Assembly: GCA_902801155.1 (NCBI GenBank)
Contig: CADCHG010000003.1
Span: 16,831-80,830 of the forward strand
Direction of reading: 5' to 3'
DNA from: an uncultured Prevotellaceae bacterium
GTDB lineage: Bacteria > Bacteroidota > Bacteroidia > Bacteroidales > Bacteroidaceae
Length of the DNA: 64,000 bases
Positions 1-9,161 of the stretch are shown here, piece after piece (position 1 is the stretch's first letter; the number at the start of each line of letters is the position of its first letter). The notes under the pieces were generated by a model, which saw nothing but the letters and a program-made list of their open reading frames with translations, had not been told where the DNA came from and did not search any database. Made by a program: the position numbers and the translations under genes.

Positions 1-1747
1 TGGCAAGTTCTTCGGAAATCTCTACACGAGTACCGATAGGCAACTGTACGGAAACACCGATACGACCTGAGTCGTTGGCTGGGAAGAACTCAGACTTGAT
101 GCCGAATATAGAGGCAAGGCTGATAGACACGACAAAGAGGCATAGACAAGAGATGATAACCGTTGCACGATGACGTACAGCCCAGTTGATGCGTCTCTCA
201 TACCAGTCGTCAAGATTATCGAGACCATTGCTGATAGGTGTGTATATCTTCTTGAACAAACCGCTCTGGCGCTTCTTCAACCTAAGCATCAAAGAACAAA
301 GCATAGGGGTGAAGGTGAGGGCTGAGATTGTAGAGATGGTCATGATGATACACATCATCCAACCCAGCTGCTTGAAGAGCACACCTGCCATACCCGTTAC
401 CATTGTCAATGGGAAGAACACGGCTATCATGGTCAATGTAGAAGCGACAACGGAGATAGCAACCTCCTGTGTGGCATGAACGGCAGCCTGCTTTGGAGAA
501 GAGCCACGCTCGATATGCGTTGTCACGTTCTCAAGTACCACGATGGCATCATCCACCACGTTACCGATAGCGATTGAGAGACATGACAGGGAAATCATGT
601 TGAGTGAACCGCCCGTTGCATACAGATAGATGAATGAAGCTATCAGAGACATAGGGATGGTGATGACGATAATCATCGTAGCACGCCATCTGCCGAGGAA
701 TATGAATACCACGAGAGCCACAAAGAGCATAGCGTAGGCTATTGTTTCCTCAAGAGAACCGATAGTATTCAGAATGTTGTCTGAGGTATTAACGATGATA
801 CCCAGCTTAACGTCTGGCGGAAGGTTCTTCTGCAGTTCTGGAATCTTCTGCATCACAGCATCAGAGATAGCCACAGAGTTGGCACCTGACTGCTTCTGAA
901 CGATAATCATAGCACCCTGAACACCGTTGGTGAATGTCTTCTGAGAACGCTCCTGAAGGTTATCCACAATACGTGCCACATCCTTCAGATATACGTTTAC
1001 GCCATTGTGAGAGCCCACGATAACGTTGTTCATCTCACTTGGGTCGCTGAACTCACCCTCTACGCGGACGGTAAATGTCTGTGTACCTACATCCACCGTA
1101 CCGTTGGTGATATTGCGGTTCTCAGCGCTGATGGCAGAGCTGACCTGCAAAGGAGAGAGACCGTAAGCCTCCATCTTGCGAGGGTCGAGGTAGATGTTAA
1201 TCTCACGCTCAGGAGCACCAGAGATACTTACAGAACCTACACCATCGATACGTGCCAATGGGTTTGCCACACCATCGTCCAGAATCTTATAGAGAGCCTG
1301 CTGTGATTCCTTTGCCTGCACAGAGAGCATCATGATAGGAATCATATCGGTAGAGAACTTGAACAAGACTGGTTTCTGCGCTTCGTCAGGAAGTGAGTTT
1401 GATACCATGTCAAGTTTGTCTCGCACGTTGTTTGTCAACGCATCAATATCATATCCGTACTCAAACTGAAGTGTGATTACAGATACGTTCTCACGAGAGT
1501 TACTTGTGATATGCTTTAAATGCTCCACTGAGTTCAAGGTGTTCTCAAGCGGGCGTGTAACGTTATTCTCAATATCATTAGCCGACGCACCGTTGTAGTA
1601 CGTCATGACCATGATCGTGTTGGTATCAATATCCGGATAAAGGTCAATAGGGAGCTTTATCAGGGAGAAGATACCGAAAATGATGACTGCCGCAAAGCAG
1701 AGGCTTGTCATAATCGGTCGTTTGACCGCGCCTTCGTATAAGGTCAT
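1..1747 (-). CDS. RND efflux permease, AcrB/AcrD/AcrF family (5' part; runs off the window)
   Basis: Manual translation from ATG at 1747: MTLYEGAVKRPIMTSLCFAAVIIFGIFSLIKLPIDLYPDIDTNTIMV...DIENNVTRPLENTLNSV, a typical AcrB N-terminus. Lies downstream of the adaptor and TolC genes. Absent from the ORF track, presumably because its stop codon is outside the window. Confidence 0.93.
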   Translation of the reverse strand, partial: MTLYEGAVKRPIMTSLCFAAVIIFGIFSLIKLPIDLYPDIDTNTIMVMTYYNGASANDIENNVTRPLENTLNSVEHLKHITSNSRENVSVITLQFEYGYDIDALTNNVRDKLDMVSNSLPDEAQKPVLFKFSTDMIPIMMLSVQAKESQQALYKILDDGVANPLARIDGVGSVSISGAPEREINIYLDPRKMEAYGLSPLQVSSAISAENRNITNGTVDVGTQTFTVRVEGEFSDPSEMNNVIVGSHNGVNVYLKDVARIVDNLQERSQKTFTNGVQGAMIIVQKQSGANSVAISDAVMQKIPELQKNLPPDVKLGIIVNTSDNILNTIGSLEETIAYAMLFVALVVFIFLGRWRATMIIVITIPMSLIASFIYLYATGGSLNMISLSCLSIAIGNVVDDAIVVLENVTTHIERGSSPKQAAVHATQEVAISVVASTLTMIAVFFPLTMVTGMAGVLFKQLGWMMCIIMTISTISALTFTPMLCSLMLRLKKRQSGLFKKIYTPISNGLDNLDDWYERRINWAVRHRATVIISCLCLFVVSISLASIFGIKSEFFPANDSGRIGVSVQLPIGTRVEISEELA

Positions 1748-1776
1748 AGTTTATTTACTATTTAGCTATTTACAAT

Positions 1777-2787
1777 TTACTTTACCACCTTAACCTTCTT
1801 GCCTTCTGCAAGACGGGCCTGACCTGCTACTACTACCTGCTGGCCGTCCTCTACACCTGAGAGAATCTCGTAGTTTGTGCCGATATGCTTGCCGAGCACA
1901 ACTTTGTTGTATGAAACGGTGCTTGTGCTTGGATTATAGACATACACGTAACGGTCGCCGGCACCAATCTGCTTTACAAGTGAGAGGTCTGGAACAACAA
2001 CGTGGTTCTGGTTGCCGTAATTCACGGTCACGCGGGCGAACATACCCGGACGTACCTTCTGCTTTGGGTTGTTTATAGTAACCTCGACAGGGAAGGTATG
2101 TGTAGCTATGTCGATAGAAGGAGAAACGGTTGTAATCTTACCTGTGAAGGTCTCGCCTTCGTATGAGTCAAGTGTAAGGTTTACTGACTGTCCCTTCTTA
2201 ACGTCCTTGTAGTGTATCTCTGATACGTTCATCACAACCTTTACTGGGTTTGTCTTCTCGATTGTGAGGATAGGAGCACCACCATACATATCGCCGTTGT
2301 CATAGTTACGTGCTGTTACTACACCGCTCATAGGTGCATAAAGCTGGGTGTTGCGTGACATCTGGTTGTACTGTGATTCCATAACCTCGATCTGCATCTT
2401 GGCATTGTCATACTCTGCCTTTGATGCGCCACCTACCTTGTAAAGCTCGCTTGTGCGGTTGAATTCTACCTTCTGGTTGTCAATCTGAAGCTTCAACTGG
2501 TTGAGGCTTGAAGCGTCAAGCTGAACGAGCAACTGTCCCTTGCTAACCTGATCGCCTACGTCAACGAGAATTCTCTCAATACGGTAAGCCATGTTAGGAG
2601 AGATGTTGTTCTTTAGGTCACTCTCTACTGTTGCTGTGTATTCCTCTGTCTGGGCAATACTCTCGCTCTTTACTGTTGCGAGTTTTACTTCAACAGCCAA
2701 ATCGGCTGCTTTCTTATCATCTTTCTTTTCTCCGCATGAGCAGACAAATGCTGCTGCAAAAATCGGTATGATATATTTGAATTTCAT
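1777..2787 (-). CDS. RND efflux periplasmic adaptor (MFP) lipoprotein
   Basis: Lipobox (FVCSC), lipoyl-like GDQVSKGQLL and APMSGVV motifs, RPGMFARV; lies between TolC and AcrB-type genes. Confidence 0.93.
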   Translation of the reverse strand: MKFKYIIPIFAAAFVCSCGEKKDDKKAADLAVEVKLATVKSESIAQTEEYTATVESDLKNNISPNMAYRIERILVDVGDQVSKGQLLVQLDASSLNQLKLQIDNQKVEFNRTSELYKVGGASKAEYDNAKMQIEVMESQYNQMSRNTQLYAPMSGVVTARNYDNGDMYGGAPILTIEKTNPVKVVMNVSEIHYKDVKKGQSVNLTLDSYEGETFTGKITTVSPSIDIATHTFPVEVTINNPKQKVRPGMFARVTVNYGNQNHVVVPDLSLVKQIGAGDRYVYVYNPSTSTVSYNKVVLGKHIGTNYEILSGVEDGQQVVVAGQARLAEGKKVKVVK

Positions 2788-2874
2788 ATTATATAATTTT
2801 CACTTGCTTTAGCTTGATGAGCTTCAGCGAATAATTCTCAATTGTCAATTTTCAACTTTCAACTTTCAATTAGT

Positions 2875-4215
2875 TTACTCTCTTCCCAAAGTGTAGTCGA
2901 GATCTGCCTTGTTTGTGAGATAGTCATAGATGCTCTGACGATAGGTCAACTCTGCCTGTGTAAGAGCCGTCTCACTCTGGTTGAGTTCAAGGATTGTGCC
3001 ACGACCTACATCATATCTCTTAGCCGAGATTGTTACGGCCTTGTCTGCCTTGCGTACAGCTTCGCGATCTGACTCCAGCTTTGCGATTGTAGTGAGCATG
3101 TTCTGGCGATAGCTCTGTGCTGCCATTGAAAGCTGACGTATAGTGTTTGTGCGAGTATCTGCCAACTTCTCTATCTGAATCTTGTTACTCTTCAGCTTTG
3201 TCCAGTTGCTTGCCTGGAAAATAGGAACTGTAACAGAAAGGGCAAGTGTTGAACTTGGAGAATACCTATAGTTGAACACATTCCAATTCTCGTTTGAGTA
3301 TGATGTATATGAACCCTGAAGTTGCATACCGACTGTTGGAAGGAAGTTGGTACGCAACAGCTTATTTGAACGCTCAAGCATACTCTGGTTCATGTCAAGC
3401 TGACGAACCGAGGTGTTGTTTGAAAGCTCGTTCTCGTTGACCTCTGCCTTGGCAAGTGTAAGATTCTTCTCGTATGCCTTGAGAGAGTCCTTGATGTTTA
3501 TGTCAATATTGGTTGTTACGCCCATGAGAACCTTCAGACGAAGTAGTGCGAGGGTGAGACCTGTCTCGGCGCTTGTCACGCTTGAACCCATAGAGCGCAT
3601 CTGAACCTCTGCTGTAATCTTGTCGTATTCGCTCACCTTGCCGACTTGGAATTTCTTGTCAACAACCTCGTAGTTCTCCTTGGCTACATTGTAGCTGCGC
3701 TGGATCACGTCGCGGCTGTCCTTTGAGAGAAGGGCTGCGTAGTATGCCTTTGTAACCTGATTGATGAGGTCAAGGCGTGAGGAACGAGCCTTTTCCTGAG
3801 CAAGAAGGATGTCCTCCTTGGTCAGTTTCATGTTCTGATAAACTGCTGGGGCATAGATAGGCAAAGTCATGGTAAGACCACCAGTAGCGGTCGTAGTACC
3901 ATCAGAACCCATCTTGAATTCTCCCATAGCTGTCTTGATTGCAGCCACCTGAATACTGTGCGAGAGTGAAAGGCTTGCACTTACAGAAGGCAGAAGTGCC
4001 TGCCATGCTTCCTTATCGGCAATCTCTTTTAATTGAATGTCTTTGTCGGCTACTTTTATCGTCGGATTCTCCGCCAGCGCTATCTCTATAGCTTTCTTGA
4101 GGTCGAGATCCATATTTCCGACAGATGCTGCTCTGTTTCCTTGCGCGTGTGATATGTTCGGCGTAGCAAGCGAAACAAGGGCAGAGACAATAAGTGTCAT
4201 GCACTTTTTGTTCAT
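2875..4215 (-). CDS. TolC-family outer membrane efflux protein
   Basis: Signal peptide from MNKKC (ATG 4215 preferred over 4287 because the -7 box lies at 4258-4265); LKKAIEIALAENP and RYDVGRGTILEL motifs. Confidence 0.9.
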   Translation of the reverse strand: MNKKCMTLIVSALVSLATPNISHAQGNRAASVGNMDLDLKKAIEIALAENPTIKVADKDIQLKEIADKEAWQALLPSVSASLSLSHSIQVAAIKTAMGEFKMGSDGTTTATGGLTMTLPIYAPAVYQNMKLTKEDILLAQEKARSSRLDLINQVTKAYYAALLSKDSRDVIQRSYNVAKENYEVVDKKFQVGKVSEYDKITAEVQMRSMGSSVTSAETGLTLALLRLKVLMGVTTNIDINIKDSLKAYEKNLTLAKAEVNENELSNNTSVRQLDMNQSMLERSNKLLRTNFLPTVGMQLQGSYTSYSNENWNVFNYRYSPSSTLALSVTVPIFQASNWTKLKSNKIQIEKLADTRTNTIRQLSMAAQSYRQNMLTTIAKLESDREAVRKADKAVTISAKRYDVGRGTILELNQSETALTQAELTYRQSIYDYLTNKADLDYTLGRE

Positions 4216-4364
4216 TGTGTCTATTATAATCTTTGGTTTAACTGAAAAAACTTTGTGCAAAGGTAAAGTTTTTTCACCATATATCATCCATGTTATAATA
4301 TTATTAATATTATTTAACAGATGCAGATTGCCAAAATCGGTAAAAATGACTATTTTTGCACATT

Positions 4365-5003
4365 ATGCGGTATAAATCATTCATAATCTCGTCCATTTTC
4401 TTGCTCTTTTGCCTTGCTGTTGAGGCGAAGGATGCTAATCCCAAGTCTGGCACTATGACGGCAACCGAACTTTTTAATAAGGTGTATAATCTCGTCTTCG
4501 GTCCTCAAGGCTCGGCTCTGTCATATAAGGTCAATATCATAGGTCTTTACAGAACCGAGGGTAACATCGTTTACAAAGGCAAGAAACTGCATTATTCCGA
4601 GGCCCGATATATGGCTTGGGAAGATGGGATAACCGCCTATATGGTTGATAAGAAGAAACAGCAGGTGAATATCTATCGTTTTGATGATGACAACAAAGAC
4701 AAGTACCTTTCCAAGTTCAAGTATGACGTCAAGAATTTCGATTACTCCTATGTTACGGAAGGCGATTTCTATCTTGTTACGGCAAAGGTCAAGAATCCGA
4801 GTTTCTTCGGCATCAGGTCGGTTACGGCAAAGGTTCGCAAAGACAACCTGTATCCTGTGAGCCTTACTATCAAATTAGCTCTTCTTCGCACTACTGTTCA
4901 GATATCAAATTTCAGAAGCGGTAAGATTGCCGACAGCAATTTCGTCTTCCCGAAAGAGAAATTCAAGGGCTACCAGTTTATTGACCATAGGAACGAGAAG
5001 TGA
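4365..5003 (+). CDS. LolA-like outer-membrane lipoprotein carrier fold protein
   Basis: Signal peptide; GNIVYKGKK, WEDG.TAY..DKKKQQVNI and C-terminal FVFPKEKF...IDHR resemble Bacteroidales LolA-like proteins. Confidence 0.65.
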   Translation: MRYKSFIISSIFLLFCLAVEAKDANPKSGTMTATELFNKVYNLVFGPQGSALSYKVNIIGLYRTEGNIVYKGKKLHYSEARYMAWEDGITAYMVDKKKQQVNIYRFDDDNKDKYLSKFKYDVKNFDYSYVTEGDFYLVTAKVKNPSFFGIRSVTAKVRKDNLYPVSLTIKLALLRTTVQISNFRSGKIADSNFVFPKEKFKGYQFIDHRNEK

Positions 5004-5024
5004 TTTTGATTAAAAAATGGATAT

Positions 5025-5165
5025 ATGGACGACAAGATGCGTAAGCCAACTTCAGACGAGTTGCGACTTATAGAATATTTGGCAAATAAGGCTGATTATG
5101 ATTTAAGTGCGGATTTCCGTGAACATATTTATATCCAGCCCAACGGCAACGTCTTGGGGGGATGA
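5025..5165 (+). pseudogene. Truncated gene remnant (46 codons) cut by the REP-flanked transposase element
   Basis: MDDKMRKPTSDELRLIEYLANKADYDLSADFREHIYIQP then reads into the first REP hairpin and stops. The N-terminus recalls DUF6984-like proteins (from memory, unverified). Confidence 0.5.
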
Positions 5166-5826
5166 ATAGAATACAAACAACGGCCTGAAAGGCCAACGAG
5201 CACCCAGCCCAGGGTATCACCCTGGGAATAATTAATTACAAATCTAATAACGCCCTGTAAGGGCAAAAGCATTACAATTATGGCACAATCGCTATGTAAA
5301 ATATATTTGCATATCATCTTCCATGTGAAGACAACCAGTCCGCAAATTGCCAATGAGCATCTGGAACGTATGCATAGCTATATAGGACAGTTGGTCAATA
5401 CTATTGGCTGTAATGTAATCCGTGTGGGCGGTATTGGTGATCATGTTCATATTGTATGTGTGCTATCGAGAAATGAGAATGTTTCACATCTTGTGGAAGA
5501 GATTAAACGCAATAGTAGCCGATGGATAAAGACATTAGCCCCGATTTATGAGCATTTTGCATGGCAGAGTGGCTATGCGGTCTTTTCTGTCAGCCAATCG
5601 CAAGTCGATAAGGTGATTGATTATGTTGTCAATCAGGCAGAACACCACAAGAAACAGAGTTTTCGAGAGGAATATCTGAATTTTTTACGACTATATAACA
5701 TAGAATATGATGATAGATATGTTTTATCCGATTGAATGCTTTTGCCCTTTCAGGGCGTAAGGAGGACGATACTCAAAACCCAGGGCGATGCCCTGGGCTG
5801 TGCGCAACCCCTGCCCTTTCAGGGCG
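5136..5826 (+). mobile_element. IS200/IS605-superfamily (REP-associated, RAYT-like) element: tnpA flanked by alternating palindromic repeats
   Basis: Left hairpins at 5136-5158, 5182-5194, 5205-5226 and 5251-5273; right hairpins at 5735-5757, 5779-5800 and 5813-5826. CGCCCTGTAAGGGCAAAAGCATT (left) is the reverse complement of AATGCTTTTGCCCTTTCAGGGCG (right) with one mismatch. Confidence 0.85.
5280..5735 (+). CDS. tnpA: HUH Y1 tyrosine transposase (IS200/IS605 TnpA / RAYT-like)
   Basis: YLHIIFHVK, DHVH (HUH motif), FAWQSGYAVFSVS and the catalytic-Tyr segment YVVNQAEHH; 151 aa; no tnpB. Confidence 0.93.
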   Translation: MAQSLCKIYLHIIFHVKTTSPQIANEHLERMHSYIGQLVNTIGCNVIRVGGIGDHVHIVCVLSRNENVSHLVEEIKRNSSRWIKTLAPIYEHFAWQSGYAVFSVSQSQVDKVIDYVVNQAEHHKKQSFREEYLNFLRLYNIEYDDRYVLSD

Positions 5827-5902
5827 CAATTTGGCAGTATTTTATTACCGTATAGGTCTATTTCTCATTCCCATAACGGGCTTTCTTCCTTGCAAGAAAG
5901 TC

Positions 5903-6038
5903 CGCTTTTCTTTACCTCTTCCTCCTAAGATCATCCATCAGTCCTCCATCGTTTGTCCATCGCTACTCCATCGAAACGATGGACTTGCGATGGAGTAACG
6001 ATGGAGTAACGATGGAGTATCTACGGACTTAAGACGAA
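5903..6038. repeat. Palindromic 11-bp-unit repeat element, copy A
   Basis: TCCATCG units followed by inverted CGATGGA units at 11-bp spacing, ending TACGGACTTAAG; direct copy at 7830-7915. Confidence 0.85.
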
Positions 6039-6409
6039 GAAATAACGGATTTTGTGCTATTAAATAGCGGTTTGACGGATAGATGTTCATTCCTGTTTTT
6101 AAGTATCTATTCGGCGATTATTGCATAGCTTGATAGTTGAATCTATGTAATATTATGCAAAAATGTGAAATAAGTGTTATTTATTGTGAAAATAATAGCA
6201 AATGTGATATATTATTTCTATATTTGCAAACGTTTTTCGATGCACTTGCATCAATGCTGTCCTTTTAGAATACGTAATTGTTTGCACATCAGGATGAAAT
6301 GAAGACGATTAAGTTTTTTACAATCATCTACTGAAGTTGAATTTTATGATTTAAAATCATAGTTTATATTTTTTTTCAAACTTTAATTTATTAATTTTAT
6401 CAAACCAAA

Positions 6410-7648
6410 ATGAAAAAATTTTTACTTGTTTTATCATGTTGCCTGGCAACATGGTGTAGTGTTCTGGCTGGACCGAAGAGTTCTCCAGAAATTAGTTTGA
6501 TGCAGGCAAGTGCACCTGCGGCAACAAATTATCCTGCTGTGATAAATAGTGCTTATCACGATCCATACAAACATGTAATTGTAGTGAATTGTGATCAGAA
6601 TAATTCTGGTTCTTTGGCTTTTTTTAGGGAACTCGGAGGTAATCGACCGGAAATTTATAGGGATAAAAATTCATCAATAGGTAAAGGCAAGACTGTAGAG
6701 ATACCACTCGAACGTGAATGGGAGTTGGCCGAGGGCATTACAATTTTGATTTCTGTTGGTGATGGTGTTAATATTTGTGGTGGAAGATATGTAAGACTGG
6801 AACATCCAAACGCAGATGCAAAAATTAGCAAGATTTCTTATATCCCTGCAAGTAAGAAAGTTAGGGTGGAATATTCTATAATTAATCCTAAATCTGATCT
6901 CTGTTATATAAGGGTGACTAAGGATCGTTTAAATGGTCAGGAAATTGTCCCTAAAACAAATATTTCTTCAAGTTCGACTGTGTTTGAAATTCCTTCATCA
7001 AAATTCACAAAAGGTGCACTTTATTGTGTTGAAATATCTGTCGGGAGCAGCGTAAAGAAATATCAAAACTATATATTTGATAACGTACGTAGTGGATATA
7101 TGGGTAAGGTGTCTTTCGATGATGTTAGTCCACGTATCGTATTTAATTATAACATCAAGAATGCTAGTAATCCTTATATTGCTATAAAGCAAGGCTCAAA
7201 AGATGGACCAGTTGTTAAGAAAATTCAAATTGAAAATACTAATGGCGATTATAAAGACGCTTTCCTTTATAGCTATAGTACAGTTTTGAAAGAAAAAACA
7301 ACTTATGTAGCTGGTCTGTATGATGGATCAGAGGATTTGCGTATTTTTAGCGAGTATTTCAGAATTCCTGAAAAGAAAAAGGATAATTACACTTATAATT
7401 TTATCTGTCCTTGGGATCCAAATATTAACATGTTTCATATTATACTAAGCAAAAATGTTGATCCTAATGTTAAAGTAAATATTTGGGTTGAACCAATGAA
7501 TGGTGGTACATATCAATATACAGTTTCTAATGGTGATCCTAAAGAGGATTATTATTTTGGAATGCCGTCTTGGTGTAAAGGAAAATATTATGTTGTAAGA
7601 GTTAGGTGGACAAATGGAGAAGAATGGTCATGTCTAATACTGCCCTAA
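6410..7648 (+). CDS. Secreted hypothetical protein with repeated beta-rich (Ig-like) modules
   Basis: Signal peptide MKKFLLVLSCCLATWCSVLA; internal similarity KVRVEYSIINPKSDLCYIRV vs RIVFNYNIKNASNPYIAI; visibly AT-rich; own TATATTTG box near 6219 and a downstream terminator. Confidence 0.75.
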   Translation: MKKFLLVLSCCLATWCSVLAGPKSSPEISLMQASAPAATNYPAVINSAYHDPYKHVIVVNCDQNNSGSLAFFRELGGNRPEIYRDKNSSIGKGKTVEIPLEREWELAEGITILISVGDGVNICGGRYVRLEHPNADAKISKISYIPASKKVRVEYSIINPKSDLCYIRVTKDRLNGQEIVPKTNISSSSTVFEIPSSKFTKGALYCVEISVGSSVKKYQNYIFDNVRSGYMGKVSFDDVSPRIVFNYNIKNASNPYIAIKQGSKDGPVVKKIQIENTNGDYKDAFLYSYSTVLKEKTTYVAGLYDGSEDLRIFSEYFRIPEKKKDNYTYNFICPWDPNINMFHIILSKNVDPNVKVNIWVEPMNGGTYQYTVSNGDPKEDYYFGMPSWCKGKYYVVRVRWTNGEEWSCLILP

Positions 7649-7716
7649 TATACAATGTGACTGCAAACTCTTTTGAACTTCTTATTTAAATTTGATTTTT
7701 AAATGTTCTAATATAG

Positions 7717-7748
7717 ATGGTGGGCGCTCTAATGCGCTCACCATTTTT
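7717..7748 (+). terminator. Intrinsic terminator
   Basis: ATGGTGGGCGC-loop-GCGCTCACCAT stem followed by a T tract. Confidence 0.75.
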
Positions 7749-7829
7749 ATGTTTTTTCTCTCACGTTTCAATCATTTGCCTCCCTCGTTTCGTTTTTCGC
7801 AACAAATAAACTTTGTCCATGTTAGTTTT

Positions 7830-7915
7830 CGTTTTCTTTAGTCCTTCCTCCTAAGATCCTCCATCAGTCCTCCATCGTTAGTCCATCGATGGAGTATCTA
7901 CGGACTTGAGGCGAA
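7830..7915. repeat. Palindromic 11-bp-unit repeat element, copy B (internally deleted)
   Basis: CTTCCTCCTAAGATC.TCCATCAGTCCTCCATCGTT.GTCCATCG/ATGGAGTATCTACGGACTT.AG.CGAA matches copy A without its central units. Confidence 0.85.
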
Positions 7916-8002
7916 CAAAGAACGATTTTTTTCATTACCGAATTTGGTCGTTTGGGAAAATGTTGTTATCTTTGCACGAAAATAACATCAACCTAAAACA
8001 AT

Positions 8003-8200
8003 ATGGAAAAAATTAAGCCTATTCTGAAGATTATAGGAATTGCTATTGTTACATTTATAGCATTATTGGTCTTTGATCTGTTATGTCGTGTCATAATGGA
8101 CGCTTTTGGTGTTTCTGTACCCAGATATGTGCGTGAGATAATTAAGATATTGATTTTGGTAGCGGTGTTATGGAAATATGTCTTAAAAAAAAGAAATTGA
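8003..8200 (+). CDS. Small 2-TM membrane protein paralogous to the N-terminus of the downstream CPBP protease
   Basis: 65 aa; aligns with residues 1-65 of 8237..9073; TATCTTTG box just upstream. Confidence 0.75.
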   Translation: MEKIKPILKIIGIAIVTFIALLVFDLLCRVIMDAFGVSVPRYVREIIKILILVAVLWKYVLKKRN

Positions 8201-8236
8201 TTGCTTTTATCCGGAAAAAAATAACCTAAATCAATT

Positions 8237-9073
8237 ATGGAAAAATTTAAGCCTGTTCTCAAATTTTGTGGGATTTATATTGTGACAGTCATTGCATTAG
8301 TGGTTATGGATATGTTTTACCGTGCTATGATAGATGTCTTTGGCATTACAGTTCCGAAATCCGCATTTGATACGGTAATAGCAGAGAGTTTTATTTTGGT
8401 TTCTGTAATAGTCGCATGGAAATATGGCTTGATAGACTTGCCTTTAGAATTTAAGAATGGCAGAGATACGTTGTCTAAAAATGCACTTTCATTATTTGCG
8501 GGCGTTTTATGGGTGGTAGTTATAAAGTTTCTGCAATATATACATATACCTGACAATGTTGATTTTAATGTTGATGGCCCAAAAGATGTTTTACTGATCT
8601 ATAGTCATCTTTCAGAAACGTGGTTTGGCTTGTTTATGGTCGGCATAGGGGGACCTTTGACAGAGGAATTGTTTTTTCGGACAGCAGTTCTTGGGTTGAT
8701 GTTACGGAGTGGTGTAAAACCATGGGTGGCTATTGTGTTGTCGGCTTTTTTGTTTGGTATATTCCATCTTAATGTTTGGCAATTCGTTGGTTCGGGGTTG
8801 TTTGGCTTAATGATTGGATATATTTACTACAAGACGAACAACATATTGGTAGTAATGATAATTCATATCTTTAACAATACTTTTGGGGTTGTCTTACTTG
8901 GAATGGCTATTTGGAAATTTAATGCCCCAAATGTTGTAGGCATATCCATAAGTGTGGTATTTATGATTGCTTTTGCCATAGCTGGTGTTTTAGTCATGAA
9001 ACGTTTCTGTTCTCAATATCCCCAACCTCAATTTGTGGAAAATGATGAGTCTGACGAGCAGGTAATGGAATAG
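8237..9073 (+). CDS. CPBP family (Abi/CAAX type II) intramembrane metalloprotease
   Basis: EELFFR, FGIFH and HIFNN motifs; multiple TM helices. Confidence 0.92.
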   Translation: MEKFKPVLKFCGIYIVTVIALVVMDMFYRAMIDVFGITVPKSAFDTVIAESFILVSVIVAWKYGLIDLPLEFKNGRDTLSKNALSLFAGVLWVVVIKFLQYIHIPDNVDFNVDGPKDVLLIYSHLSETWFGLFMVGIGGPLTEELFFRTAVLGLMLRSGVKPWVAIVLSAFLFGIFHLNVWQFVGSGLFGLMIGYIYYKTNNILVVMIIHIFNNTFGVVLLGMAIWKFNAPNVVGISISVVFMIAFAIAGVLVMKRFCSQYPQPQFVENDESDEQVME

Positions 9074-9161
9074 TGCTAAATGAATTTCTCTTTTCTTACC
9101 ATCTTTCTTTAGAATGGCACGCCCTTTGTTTATTCAGGATAAATTATAAACAAAAAAAATA

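Noticed and set aside
5732-5998. 88-aa ORF after tnpA as TnpB or cargo
   Set aside because: It is a translation of REP hairpins and 11-mer repeats, with no RuvC or zinc-finger motifs.
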